Source: Podarcis cretensis (Eukaryota). From it: a stretch of DNA of 64,000 nucleotides. Positions 47,223 through 60,172 of this stretch are shown here, one piece after another. The position numbers were made by a program, and so were the translations under genes. The notes under the pieces are model-generated. The model made no database searches. It saw only the letters and a program-made list of their open reading frames with translations, and was not told the DNA's origin. Location: positions 4,340,001 through 4,404,000 of the forward strand of contig OX638161.1 of assembly GCA_951804945.1 (NCBI GenBank), in the 5' to 3' direction. How positions within the stretch are numbered: position 1 is the stretch's first letter; every line of letters starts with the position of its first letter.

Positions 47223-49337
47223 TACCACCCTTCATAACAAATTACAGGGCTGTGTACAGCTCAAGAGGTACAAACACACCACAAATGATCCTCATATTGG
47301 AGATGATGAGGAGAAGAGGATCGAGGAGGCTGAAATGGAGTTATCTAAGGTAGGTACTAGAAGTTCAGCTTCAGTGCTTAACACCAGGTGATAATCCTAA
47401 AATGAAAGTGTTTGGTATGCCAAGGCTGGGGAAGCTATGAAGTGCTCCTGAATGGCTTGTGGATTTCTAGACATTGGATGTTCTTGGCTGGGGGGGGGGG
47501 AACTGAAAGTTGTTTTTATTTAAATTGAGTCATGATTGTAAGGGGAAATGTCAAAATAAGATGGTGTGTCCTAAAAGTCAGAAATGGTAAAACATTTGGA
47601 ATCTCAGATTTATTATTTTAAATGTGTGATTTGTACACAATTGCGTGCAGTTTCTTAATGTTTTGGCTTGGCGGTAGTTTGTGATCAGCCCAGTTGGCTG
47701 GAAGACAGCTTGGGAGAAGAGATTTGTCACAATTCCCAACATGTTAATTGCTGTACTTTCCAATTACCTTAACAAAAATATGCAAATTTGGAGTGGCACA
47801 TCAGTTAATAATAAGCTTCCAAAGTGCCCTTTTGTGCTATACCAAGTTCTTGCCTTCTGATCTTGGAAGCAGAAATTATATCAACTGGAAAAAGAGATTT
47901 CCTCACAGTTGGTTAAAAAAAATATCCAATAACCCAACATGTTCCATGGGGAATTCCATGGGTTTTTTGTTATTTTAAAAAAAGCAAAATTAGCCTGAAT
48001 TGGTTGAGAGTGTTTTTTCACTAACAGCAAGTTGTTTTGTTACCTGTGGAAACGGGGTTGGGGGCAAGTGAAAAGGGGTTGGAACTACCCTTCCTCTGCT
48101 CAGAATTGCAGCCAGTTCAGGTCCAGCCTTGGCTCTTTTGCTAAGAGCAGGAAATAAAAACAGAACTCTCTGAACTCACCAGGATCCTCAGACTCCAGCT
48201 CTTTGAGTTCCTCCCACTTCTCCTGACCTGGCCATCGATTCCAGGACACCTCCACTGGACTCTGGAAAACAGCCTGAATTGCTTACATTTTATCTAATGC
48301 CTGATAAAATAAAAATTAGGCACAACACGTAGGCTAATAACTGTTAAATCATATGTAATAGAATAATGGTATTCAAAAGGTAGAAATAAATCTGTTAGAG
48401 TTCATATATACAATGTAACAGACAAGTGGCACTTTTAGTTTATCTCATTTTTAATATTCTAAATTCACGTTTGGAATTCCATGTTCAAAATTGAAATGGT
48501 AGATTTTTTTTTGTGCTTTGTGAATATCCTTAAATATAATTGCAACTCTCAGTGAGGAGCCTGTTTAGTGTGAGCTTGGGCCTGACTTCCATTTTGCATA
48601 CTAATTACTGGTACTAATTGCCAATAATCCCTCTTGCCAACTGAGCCCTCATAGCTGTTCCCTAGGTTTCTGGAGTTGGGAGCTGAGGGGTCAGGGCTGG
48701 GCATGCCCATGTATTGGGAGTCATTCCTGTCTTCCTTCCCTTTCCAAATCAAACACTGAACTTGCCGTGCTGCAGAGAGTTGGACGGAGCGACTTTCAGG
48801 TCCAACTTCTGACACTTCTGTGATTCCGACTAAGAGGCATCTTTTCACCAGCTGGCTGTCTCTTAGGGGGCCAATCTGTTGATCATGTGATTTCCAATTG
48901 TTTTCCCTTATGCAAAAGACAGATGTAGATTCACAGAGAGGAGAGAGAGAGAGTAAAAAATGGAAGAAAGATAGCCTTTTTTTTGGCTGCTTAGACTGCA
49001 TGATTTAAATGCTAGCAGCCAAGCAAAGCTGTTACTTTTCTAGTCCAAGCACAAAGCCAGGAATAAAACAGTACCCCCAATTCCTTTCAGGGATTCCTCC
49101 TCTTCCTCCATTGTGTAAGTCAGCAAGCTAAATATTAGAATTAAGAGTAACAAGGGTTATTCCTTGCACCATACCAAATTCCCTCAATGGGCTTGCCCCT
49201 TGTCTTGTGTATCGTATGCTTAAAAGAGTTCCAGTCCTGTCTTTGCCGCTTCCATCCATTGCCCTCGGCAGTCGTAAAGCCTTTTCTACAAATCTGAGGG
49301 TCTTCTCACACATTGTATTGAGGTATTCACCTAATAG

Positions 49338-49695
49338 GTAAAGGTAAAGGTACCCCTGCCCGTATGGGCCAGTCTTGCCAGACTCTAGGGTTGTGCGCTC
49401 ATCTCACTCCATAGGCCGGGAGCCAGCGCTGTCCGCAGACACTTCCGGGTCATGTGGCCAGCGTGACAAGCTGCATCTGGCGAGCCAGCGCAGCACACGG
49501 AACGCCGTTTACCTTCCCGCTGGTAAGCCGTCGCTATTTATCTACTTGCACCCGGGGGTGCTTTCGAACTGCTAGGTTGGCAGGCGCTGGGACCGAACGA
49601 TGGGAGCGCACCCCACCGCGGGGATTCAAACCACCGACCATGCGATTGGCAAGTCCTAGGCGCTGAGGTTTAACCCACAGTGCCACCCGCGTCCC
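49338..49695 (-). mobile_element. Sauria SINE, full length
   Basis: TSD TTCACCTAATAG (49326-49337 and 49699-49710). Confidence 0.92.
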
Positions 49696-50171
49696 TTCTT
49701 CACCTAATAGATTACCTTTAAAAAAACGTTTCCAACAGGCACCCAAAACAGTACAGTGAAGATGCCAATGGGCAGGAAGTTCCAGTGTATAGATGCTGCC
49801 ACACAGAAGAAAGTATTACTCACAGGTTTGGAATGAATAATATGTGGCACTTGTGGTGACATGTGGCGCTCTCTGTGCTCCATCTTCAGGAGAGGCTGTG
49901 AAAGTGTTAGGCTGCTGTCTGGAAATCGTGACCACAATAAACTGAGACTGAATGGAGGTGTTGTGGATGTGAAGAAACATATTCTAAGTTTTGGGAGGGG
50001 TTTATAGGTTGTATACTGATGTATCATTATATATGCATGTATCAAAGTACAGTAGTTTACAGCGATAAAGCCATACAATAAGACCATTAAAAAGTTTAAA
50101 ACAGTTCTGATTTGTCACTGGACTTTCACGTGGCTAGGAGTTTTTGTGCCCAGCTTAGTCTGGTTCACCAG

Positions 50172-51250
50172 CCATGGCCATTCCAGGACCAAGATGGCTT
50201 AGCCTCAGTTGCCCATGCTGTGGTGACATCCCTCCTGGACTACTGCAATGCGCTGTATGTGAGGTTGCCCTTGAAGGTGGTCTGGAGTCTGTAGCTTCTG
50301 CAGAATGTGACTGCGAGGTTGGATATAATAATAGGATCATTTGTCAATGGTCCTGAAAGTGCTCTATTGGCTTCCAGTGAGCTACTGGGCTCAACTGCAG
50401 GTTAGTACTAGAGGATGGCTTGGGAGCCAAGCACCTGAGGGAGTGCCTTCCCCATTCCTGCAGTTGTCAGAGGAGAACCTGTAGGCAATGCTGCAGCTGG
50501 ACGCTGCCCAGGTGTGTCTCCCTCCTGATTAGGTTTCATGTTCATCAGATCAATTGGTTGCTGAGAGATCCTGGTAACCTTGAAACCACCAGCTGTGAAT
50601 GCAGGCAGAATGTAGTTTGGCCTTAGGTAAAGGTAAAGGGACCCCTGACAGTGAAGTCCAGTTGCGAATGACTCTGGGGTTGTGGTGCTCATCTCGCTTT
50701 ACAGGCCGAGAGAGCTGGCGTTTGTCCGCTCCGCAGACAATTTTTCTGGGTCATATGGCCAGCACATGACTAAGCCACTTCTGGTGCAATGGAACACCAA
50801 CACCAGAACAGAAACTTGCACTTTTTGGTGTGCTTTTGAACTGCTAGGTTGGCAGGAGCTGGGACCGAGCAATGGGAGCTCACTCCATCATGCGAACCGC
50901 CAACCTTTTGATCGGCAAGCCCAAGGCTCAGTGGTTTAGAGCACAGCACCACCCACGTCCCTTAGCTAGGCAACTAGGTCCCTTCATGGCCTAGGACCCT
51001 CGTACCTATGGGACCGCCTCTCCTGGTATGCCCCACGGAGGACCTTAAGGTCCATAAATAGCAACACCCTCGAGATCCCGGGCCCTCCTGTGAAGAGGCT
51101 GCATCCTAATGTTTTAATGTTGTATTTTAATCTTTTTTTAAATTGTATTTTAATCAACTTGTTTTTACTATTGGTTGTTAGCTGCCCTGAGCCCGGTCTT
51201 GGCTGGGGATGGCGGGGTATAAATAATTTATTATTATTATTATTATTATT
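50172..51250 (+). mobile_element. L2-like remnants (fragmented, containing the 50625 SINE)
   Basis: Remnant LASVAHAVVTSLLDYCNALY, typical of L2 ORF2; 3' tail with (TTA)n near 51230. Confidence 0.65.
50625..50961 (-). mobile_element. Sauria SINE, older subfamily
   Basis: GGTAAAGGTAAAGG tail and tRNA-like head; flanking CCTTAG repeat. Confidence 0.85.
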
Positions 51251-54200
51251 ATTAGCTCCACACAGATCTCACGACAACATTCCTGTTGATACCACTGATG
51301 CTTGAAAGGAAAATTGGAAGGTACAGAACCAGCCTGATTTGATGAAGAGTTTTTCTAAAATATTGGTATTTCACTGGTAGGTCAATATCTGTAACCAGAT
51401 CATCATAACGTGACCGAAAGTATTCATATGGCCAGTGCCAGAATCATACTTTGACAGCAAGTGTAGAGAGTAGGAAGAATGAATGGATTGAAAAGGGGTG
51501 GGGGTAGGGAGTCAGAGGGCAGGTTTATATAAGATAGATACTACATCTAAGATGAAATGTGGGTCCCTTTTGTAGGTTGGGCTTGAAGGTGTTGCTGAGT
51601 CTGGAATAGTAGGTGGCCAGTAAGTCAGTGTAAATGGAGGAATGGAAAGCTGGTTTTATACTCAGGGCCACTCTGGAAGCATTTCACAAGCAGAAGCCCT
51701 GCAACTAATTTGCATGCTTTAGTTACATACGTAATTAAGAAGTACAGCAATTAGCGTGATGGGAAGTCTGACAAGTCCCTTTCACCAGCTGAGGCATCTA
51801 GCTGGCTAGGATAGCTGAAAACCTCAGCGTTTGCCAGTTAAAGTTTTCTCCTAAAGCATGCTGAACCATGATGCTGAAGGACTTGAGCCACTCTCCCATT
51901 TTAAACCCATTCTTGTGATGAAGGCTGATCCCAGTAGAAGAGGATTCCTGCAATAGAACATATTTAAAAGCTGTAACTGGTTCCATGAGTACCAGATCTT
52001 CTTATACGGCTGAAATACTTTCAGTGCTGCCTAGCACTAAGTAACTGGCACATTAACCAATCCCAAACAGATTACAGATAATGATGAGATTCAGTCCAGC
52101 TTCTATTACCTTTTGAGGACATAAATGTGCGCTTGAGAGTCATATGCATGTACAGAGTGATTATATACTATTCTCTAAACTCCTTCTTCAATTTATTGTT
52201 TGCATATGGTTTCAGATGAAAGTATAATGCATTCAAGCATGATTTGTGCCTTACAATTAATAAACAATTAACCTGGCTCTGCTGAGGTGCTATTATGCAT
52301 TTGTGCACAAAATCTCCCTCTGAGCAGCAACCCTAAGAGCAGGCAATGGAGGGGGGGGTGCTGCTTTGAGGAGGAAAATTGTGAAACCCTGAGGTGAGAC
52401 TCTAGTTGCTCTTCTGCTCTTCTGCCCTGGGTGTAACTAAATCTCTTTCTTTACTTTCCCCTGCCATTGTTTCCAGTGGGAGGGGAAATTAATTAATTAT
52501 TTTGTATACTACCCTTCTCAGGACAGTTCACAACATAAAAATACAAGATAACACAAAATACATAATTAAAACAAGAACCCAAACAAAAAATGTGTTTAAA
52601 TGAAGAAGAAGGAGAAGCTGAAAATGGGAAGTATTCCACTGCCCTTATTTCTGCCCAGCTGGCTCAAGTGCTGATGAACCATCTCTGTGTTTTGCCTCAC
52701 ACACCAACCTAAGTGTCTATTGTGAAGAAATGTCAAGGCTGGTGGCTGGGAGGGAGGCAGACAGGTTGAAGGAGAAACATTTGAGACCAAATAGATGACA
52801 GCTCTAGTGCACATTGATAGTGCTTTTAAAAACGCAGCCCCACAAACCAAATTTGGGTCAGTGTTTCACGGGGGCCAAGCCCCTAGTAAGCCATGACAAT
52901 TGGAATGCATGGGAAAAACTGATTCTTTTTAAGTCAACCAAATCTTGAGAATCTACGGATGATGCTCCTTGAGCTGCCTCAGAGTGGTCAACACAGGGGT
53001 TTCTCCCTTTAAATTCACTGCTTGCACAATGCAATGTGATGTGCATTAAACATACCACCAAAGAATGTGAGAAACGGTTGCAGGCACTCCCCATCATCCA
53101 TTCTAAGCAACGGTGCAGAAATAAGACTGTAAATTGTGCTGTGGGAAAATCGGACTGGTACATGTGTCTAATCATGCTCTGCCCCATGAACTTGCTTGCT
53201 AGCATTCTATATCTCCATTTGATCAATTTCCACTAGAAATTCCACTTTCTTAGGGTTTGACTTCTGCTGGCAGCTGTAACTTCACACAAAGTGTTTGTCA
53301 CAGAAGCCACAGATAGCAACCACAAAGGGGAATGGAAACTATAAGAAAAGATCAACTTCTCACACGCTCAGAGAACTCTCTTACCAGATACTCTTATTCT
53401 GGGTGATTAGCTCCACTTGATGCAACACGACTTCCCTCCATCAGCATCACCATAAGAATGATTTTTCACCAAAGCTTTCCTTTATTGTAGATCTGCCCTC
53501 TGAAAACCACCTCTGTGCCTAAGAGTGGTCAGATAAATTGTAGTGTGGTATATATAATTCTTTGGGGATTCCCTGTACACTTCCATATATATAATAAATG
53601 CTGGTTCCGGGATTATTACAGCTTGGGTGTTTGCTGTTCTTTACAAAGAACATATTACAATTGGCCTAAGAATGAGTGATAGGTTTTTGTACACTTCTTT
53701 CAACATCACAAAAAGGCATGGACATTTTGATATTATGCAAATTATCTAAAGTCAATGATTTACTGAAAAGCAGATGAAAATATTTAATTGGCTTACAGGC
53801 ATAAGATGTTGTAATATTACGTTGAGGCAATTTTTTTTACAATCAATGGGAAACAAGGGCATAGTTTTAATGGAACACCATTTTGTGGCATTTAAGCTAA
53901 TGAGACATGCATGATACATTATTAGCGGTCAATTATAATGTTTTAAAAATACTTTTTATATCTTACATGATCATTTGTACCCTATGATACATTTGGCTTA
54001 TGTGGATTCCCAGCGTTTCTCCAGTTGACAGTTTGTGCTGCAGAATTGCAGCCGAAGGGATTCAAAACAGAATTGGAAACAAATGCCGCCTCTCATCTTG
54101 GAGCAGCTTAAAGCCGCAAAGCAGTTGAGCCAAAATGTATGGATCCAAGAGGCACTCCCGTTTAAATGGCTTGTCAGATACAGATGAAATCTGTATTTAT

Positions 54201-57043
54201 TTCTCTTCCACGCACATACCTTCCAATCTCTTTATTAAGTAGGTGCCCTCCAAATTCAGCATCTGCCATTTGATGTCATCTGCAGATGGAGCAACCGTGT
54301 CCTGCACAGAGTACAGCTGTCCATCTCTGGCACTCAGGTGATGAATTGTTCACTGCAAGCCAAGCTGTTTGGTGCTGCAGGTGGGCCCTGTGTGAGTAAA
54401 TGGGAATGATGTACTGTAGTTATGCATAGAGATACTGAAATCAGTCTCACAATGATTTTATATAAATTAAATAATCTTCACATTCAGTGAGCCTGTTTCT
54501 TGAGGTGTCTATACTGGAGCACTGCACTTTGATAATGAGAGGCTTGCCAGGAGTCGCAGGACCCAATGCAGAGTTAAGCATTTTTAAGCCCTCTAATATC
54601 AGGTGTCTGGTTCAAATCACACCTCAGTCTTGAGCTCCCTAGGCAGCCCTCAGCAAAACACAATTGTTCAGCCTCAGCCCCCGATCTGTTGTATGGCAAC
54701 ATAATACTGACCTCCTTTGCAGGAACGTTGTAAGGATTATTGACATATGGGATGTGCAGTGAACGTTCCATTGCCAGCTATGATTACTTTTGTTAATTTT
54801 GTTCAGTTTAGTTTGGTGGAAGCGAGAAGTGGCTACTTTATGACCCCATTTAAATGTATTAGTGGGATTCCAAGCTCCCATTCCTTATTCTATACCTGAT
54901 GGCCACTATAGGGTCTACCCGTAATGGCAGCAGGGGCTTTAAGTTGTAAGTAACAGGAAATAATAAAGCTAAGAATATTCCACGTGTTGGAAGCAAATGA
55001 GGATTGTTGGTCTTATTTTTAAAGGTTGTAAATTCAATTCCTTCTGACCTTTTTGTTAAACAAGTTAAATAGTTTGCTGCTTCTTTCTTCTGGGCACTAA
55101 TTAATTCTTGTGTTAATTTTCAGTTGGAGCAAGCAAGTGACAGTGTACTTTATTAAGCTTTGCAGGTTAAAGGTGTATTTAATAGGAGTGTGCAGCAAGC
55201 ACCAGATTCGCCTTGTTTTTGCAGCGTTTGGAAACAGCCCCATCTGTTTCAGCTCCGCTCTGTCACTCAGATTCAATTGTTTTATTCAGGTTCAGATCTG
55301 ATCTGTTAAATCTGAAGCTTCCCCCTCCTTTTTCACATAGATGGATAGATTAAATTTGCAGGCAAAGGGACCCTCTCCACCCAAAAAGGGGGATTAAAGC
55401 TGTCAAATTTCAGGTGGATAATCCCCAGCGGGAGTCGTGCACAAAATCCTCAAACTTTTTTTTTTTAAAAAAAAGAATTATATTATTATTATTTACCATG
55501 TTTCCCCACATGAAGTCTAGAGATAATTGGGATAGAATGATGCCATCAGTTTTTGGGTTAACTTTATAGTTCCCACCAACGCCAGGCAATTTTAAATGTC
55601 TGTGGCTGAAGTAGAATAGATTTAAGCAGCTGGACTCTCCAAAGTGCTCAGGTTTGGTTGGATGATGTCCCTGATGTGAAATGTTTCTGAGACACTCAGA
55701 ATTGAGAAATGATTTCAATACATGCCTTCCTATATAGGAACTGCAGCACTTGGTCAATTGTTAGAGTAGTCAGTTTAAAGCATATTTATTTACTTGTTTA
55801 GAAATTATTTTGTTATTAAATATATAACAAACAAGACTAACAGAATATTCCAACGATTCAACAATTTCTTTTGTTGGATTCTTAAATCATTTTTATTAAT
55901 TAAAAATCAATCTTCAGTTTCATTTGGTGAGGTTTAATTTTTAAAAAATACAAGTACAAAATATGCAGGAGATTAGCTTCTAGAAGCATTTCCCCCTTCT
56001 GTAATACACAGGCAGGAATGCTTCTTCTAAGAACCACCTAAGACAGTGTCTGACATTACACCGGCATGCATCATCTAAAAACAGGATGCTTCAGAACTAC
56101 TGATTATTCATTTCTAGATTTAATTGGTTAACCAATTAATCAATTAATTGACTCCTTTATCTGGCTGGCTGACTTAGAATAAACAATTAGAAGCATGGCT
56201 GTTTGCCCTTGTGGTCAGTCCACTAGCCAATGAGAATGGCTGATAATGTGCCTGAGATATACAAAACTGATAATCTCCAGGCTCTTTGGGAAGCCAATAT
56301 TTAAACTGGTTTCACAATTTAAGCCAAACATCCCCATTCCATGTTTCTCTATGAAAGTCAAGAACGGAGAAGGTGGTCTAGATTTTTCTGGGAAAGTATA
56401 GTTGGAATACAACATGCATACCAGGCAATGTGTGACATGATCATTATCCCGTCTGATAAACAAAGGGGAGAGAGGTGCTGAGTAGTAAATGGGTGTGCTT
56501 GAAGAATGTGCCCTCGCAGCCCTGAAGCCAGTCATCTGAGGAGATCACTTGCTACCAAGCTTCTAACCCAACCTGTATTACATTTGTGCTGCAGCAGGGA
56601 TTTCTTTTTCCATCGACCTCCTGATTGTACGAGGGGACTCCAAAACTCGCATGTGAGCAGCAACTGTTTGTCCTCCTCCAAGTACATTGTGGAGCGGAGC
56701 CAGCAGAGAGTCTCTTACTGTCCATGCCTGCTGTTCTGTACTGATTAGGAATTGGATAGCAGCTCTATGAATGTGATGCTGCCCAGCTTCCAGAAGTCAT
56801 GTGAGACGGGGCATCAGGAAACGGGAGCTGACGGTCACATCACAGCCACTCCGAGAAGAAATAGCCGTCTAAAAAAAGAAAGGCATCCTGCAGCATGACT
56901 GGCGCTCTGGCCCTGAAGCACCCTGGCCCCGGGCTGCTCAGGCTGGGATTAGAAGTCACACAGCCATAAAGATGCCACTCCGACAGGCAATGGCCATACT
57001 TTATGTGTGTGGTGACAGGTCCTACGTTTTCTACCACTTACAG

Positions 57044-57293
57044 CAGGGGTCAGCAAACTTTTTCAGCCGGGGGCCGGTCCACTGTCCCTCAGACCTCGTG
57101 GGGGGCCAGACTATATTTTGAGAGAGAAAATGAACAAATTCCTATGCCCCACAAATAACCCAGAGATGCATTTTCAATAAAAGCACACATTCTACTCATG
57201 TAAAAACACACTGATTCCCGGACCGTCCGCGGGCCGGATTAAGAAGGCGATAGGGCCCGATCCGGCCCCTGGGCCTTAGTTTGCCTACCCATG
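57044..57293. mobile_element. hAT MITE, first unit of a tandem pair
   Basis: TSD ACTTACAG on both sides. Confidence 0.9.
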
Positions 57294-57301
57294 ACTTACA
57301 G

Positions 57302-57527
57302 CAGGGGTCAGCAAACTTTTTCAGCCGGGCCCTGTCCCTCAGACCTCGTGGGGGGCCAGACTATATTTTGAGAGAGAAAATGAACAAATTCCTGTGCCCC
57401 ACAAATAACCCAGAGATGCATTTTCAATAAAAGCACACATTCTACTCATGTAAAAACACACTGTGGGCCGGATTGAGAAGGCGATTGGGCCAGATCCGGC
57501 CCCCGGGCCTTAGTTTGCCCACCCATG
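57302..57527. mobile_element. hAT MITE, second unit of the tandem pair (two internal deletions)
   Basis: Preceded by ACTTACAG and followed by ACTTATAG. Confidence 0.9.
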
Positions 57528-58319
57528 ACTTATAGCTTAGCCCATGCAACAGCAACCTCCGCCCCCCCCCAAAAAAAAACACCCATAAAGGATGTTGCAA
57601 CAAGCACAAACAGTGCCCAGGATCTGAACTGGAACAGAACGGAACTGGAACTGGAGCAGAAATTATTTGCTGTTGCACCATTTTTCAGCTCAATGATCTT
57701 TAACCCATGTTTTGTGTATGTATACTCACCAGTCACCTTCCTCGTTTTTCCTTTCAAAAAGTAGCATCTAGTACAAATGAAAGGAACATTCTCTTTAAAA
57801 CCCTTATTCCCATATTTATCAAACAAATTCCAGTTCTCGAAATAACTTTTCAGCACGTCTCCTCTCCCTTTCCCTCCTTGGAAATAAATTAGTTGACATA
57901 ACTATATTTAGGGCATTTCCCATTCTTATTAACATTTAATGGGGGAGGGGGTGTTATTTGGAGGCTTCCAAAGAAAAAGGGGGGAAAGGGTTAGACATTT
58001 GCCTTTATCTCCTGTGTAACCTAACAAAAGGAATTTTCTTCAGGGCAATTTACAGATTCCATAAATATACAAAAAAAGAAAAAGAAAAGAGCTTTAGTTC
58101 AGGAATCATCTTCCCTACATCTCATAGGTTTCAATGCTGGCTAAAATATTGCATTTAACAAGCTGACACCTAATAATAATTTCCAAATGTCATCAGTGTC
58201 TTAGACCATATCACTTCAAACCGCATTTTAAAATGGAAGTTGAAAAATAATGAAATTTAAATCCTTAAAACTTTGCTCCTTTATGAAGTGGCCTCAAGCT
58301 TTGCTTTAAGTGGGCATGT

Positions 58320-58501
58320 TTTGTGTCGTACTAGGATCCAGAAGAGCTGGATTCAAATTCCTTCTCAGCCATGAAGCTCTCTGTGTGACCTTGGGCCACT
58401 CGCTGCCTCTCAATGTACTTCTTGTCAAGATAGAATGGATGGGGGGGCGATGGGACATGAATGCCGCCTGGAGTTCTTTGGAAGAATGTGGGGGTATAAA
58501 T

Positions 58502-58537
<36 letters not shown>
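58320..58537 (+). mobile_element. CORE/MIR-like SINE remnant ending in (ATC)n
   Basis: GGATTCAAATTCC B-box-like element; TGTGACCTTGGGC core; (ATC)n at 58502-58537. Confidence 0.55.
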
Positions 58538-58538
<1 letters not shown>

Positions 58539-58749
58539 ACGGCAGCTTTGGTCTCTGTGTTTTCCTGGCATCGCATAGCAACTCTGCCAATGGCTATGGA
58601 GAGCTTGCAAGCTGAGGGATAGAACCCAAACTGTGTTTACCTCAGATTTTGCCCCCCCCCCTTTTTATGAGGGTAAATTGACAATGTGAGTTTTTTTTAA
58701 ATCGTATGTTTTAGTTTGGCACCCTATTAATATGACTACAATTATGGTA

Positions 58750-58992
58750 CAGTGATACCTCGGGTTACAGACGCTTCAAGTTACATATGCTTCAGGTTAC
58801 AGATTCTGCTAACCCAGAAATAGTACCTCGGGTTAAGAACTTTGCTTCAGGATGAGAACAGGAAATTGTGTGGGGATGGTGTGGCAGCAGCGCAAGGCCC
58901 CATTAGCTAAAGTGGTGCTTCAGGTTAAGAACAGTTTCAGGTTAAGAACAGACCTCTGGGACAAATTAAGTACGTAACCAGAGGTACCACTG
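58750..58992. mobile_element. Tc1/mariner-type MITE (opposite orientation to 46991)
   Basis: TA|CAGTGATACCTCGGGTT...GAGGTACCACTG|TA. Confidence 0.88.
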
Positions 58993-59543
58993 TAATTGCT
59001 GTTAAATTACACTCATGCAAATTCTGGGATCAGAATTAGTACGTAAACGTGTAAATTGCTGCATTATCCTGCTTCACTGTTGGAAATATTTCTTCAGGAT
59101 ATGCTGATAGATATCTTGTAAAGTCTAACAGATTTTTGAGAAGAGCTTTTCCTCTCTTAAAAGACACACAATATCACAGAAACAGAAACCGTGCATTTTG
59201 TGAATTACTTAGGAAAACTGGTAGATGGTGCTAGAGGATGCTCAGGATCCACATTAAGCCCATTGTAATGCAACTGCCAGTTCTGGAAGCTTCCCTGTTT
59301 CACGGGAGGAACCAAGGCCCTCTGGCACCCTGGGCAGAAGAGAAGGCTCAGCTCTTATTAATTCAAGTTCAAGTGGCGATAAACGAGGTTTGTGTTTGAT
59401 TAAGAGATATATCTTCCTCTGTTGTATGGCTCTGTCATGTATTGCTCACCTGACAGAATATAGATTGAATTGTTTATGATGTCTGACACAACTTCTATTT
59501 TCTTCTGAGATTCTCTAGTTCAGCGTCAGTCATAATTTTCAAG

Positions 59544-59577
59544 AAGGAAGGAAGGAAGGAAGGAAGGAAGGAAGGAA

Positions 59578-59623
<46 letters not shown>

Positions 59624-59625
59624 AA
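59544..59625. repeat. (GGAA)n(GAAA)n polypurine microsatellite
   Basis: Seen directly in the sequence. Confidence 0.97.
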
Positions 59626-59823
59626 CTTCTATTGCAACTAATAAGTAAAAATGGCAAAAGGGGGGGGGGTTGAATTCCTTTTAGGAAAGAACAGAAGACA
59701 CTCCCTACTTTTCAAATCAGTTGTGAATATTTGTTGGAACATACTGTTTTTGTTTATGCTGGAAGCCACCCAGAGTGTCTGGGGCAACCCATTCAGATGG
59801 GCGGGGTATAAATAACAAAATTA

Positions 59824-60172
59824 CATACCCTCCAACATTTCTCCGATGAAAGTAGGGACATCCCATTCCACAACGGTAATTTTACTATTTATACCCCACA
59901 CATCTTACTGGGTTGCCCCAGCCACTCTGGGCAGCTTCCAACATATATAAAAACATAATAAAACATTAAATATATTTTTTAACAAACTTCCCTACACAGG
60001 ATTGCCTTCAGACAGCTTGGGAGGGTCAGATAACTCCATCCCCTCCAACATTTTCCAATGAAAATAGGGACATCCTAAGGAAAAGTGGGACATTCTGGCA
60101 TCAAATCAGAAATCAGGACAGCTTCTCTAAATCAGGGATATCTCTGGAAAATAGGGACACTTGGAGGGTCTG
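59824..60172. mobile_element. hAT-like element (CATACCCTCCAA TIR) with an internal inverted L2-like tail
   Basis: CATACCCTCCAAC...TTGGAGGGTCTG; TAGGGACA subterminal repeats; TSD unclear. Confidence 0.6.
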
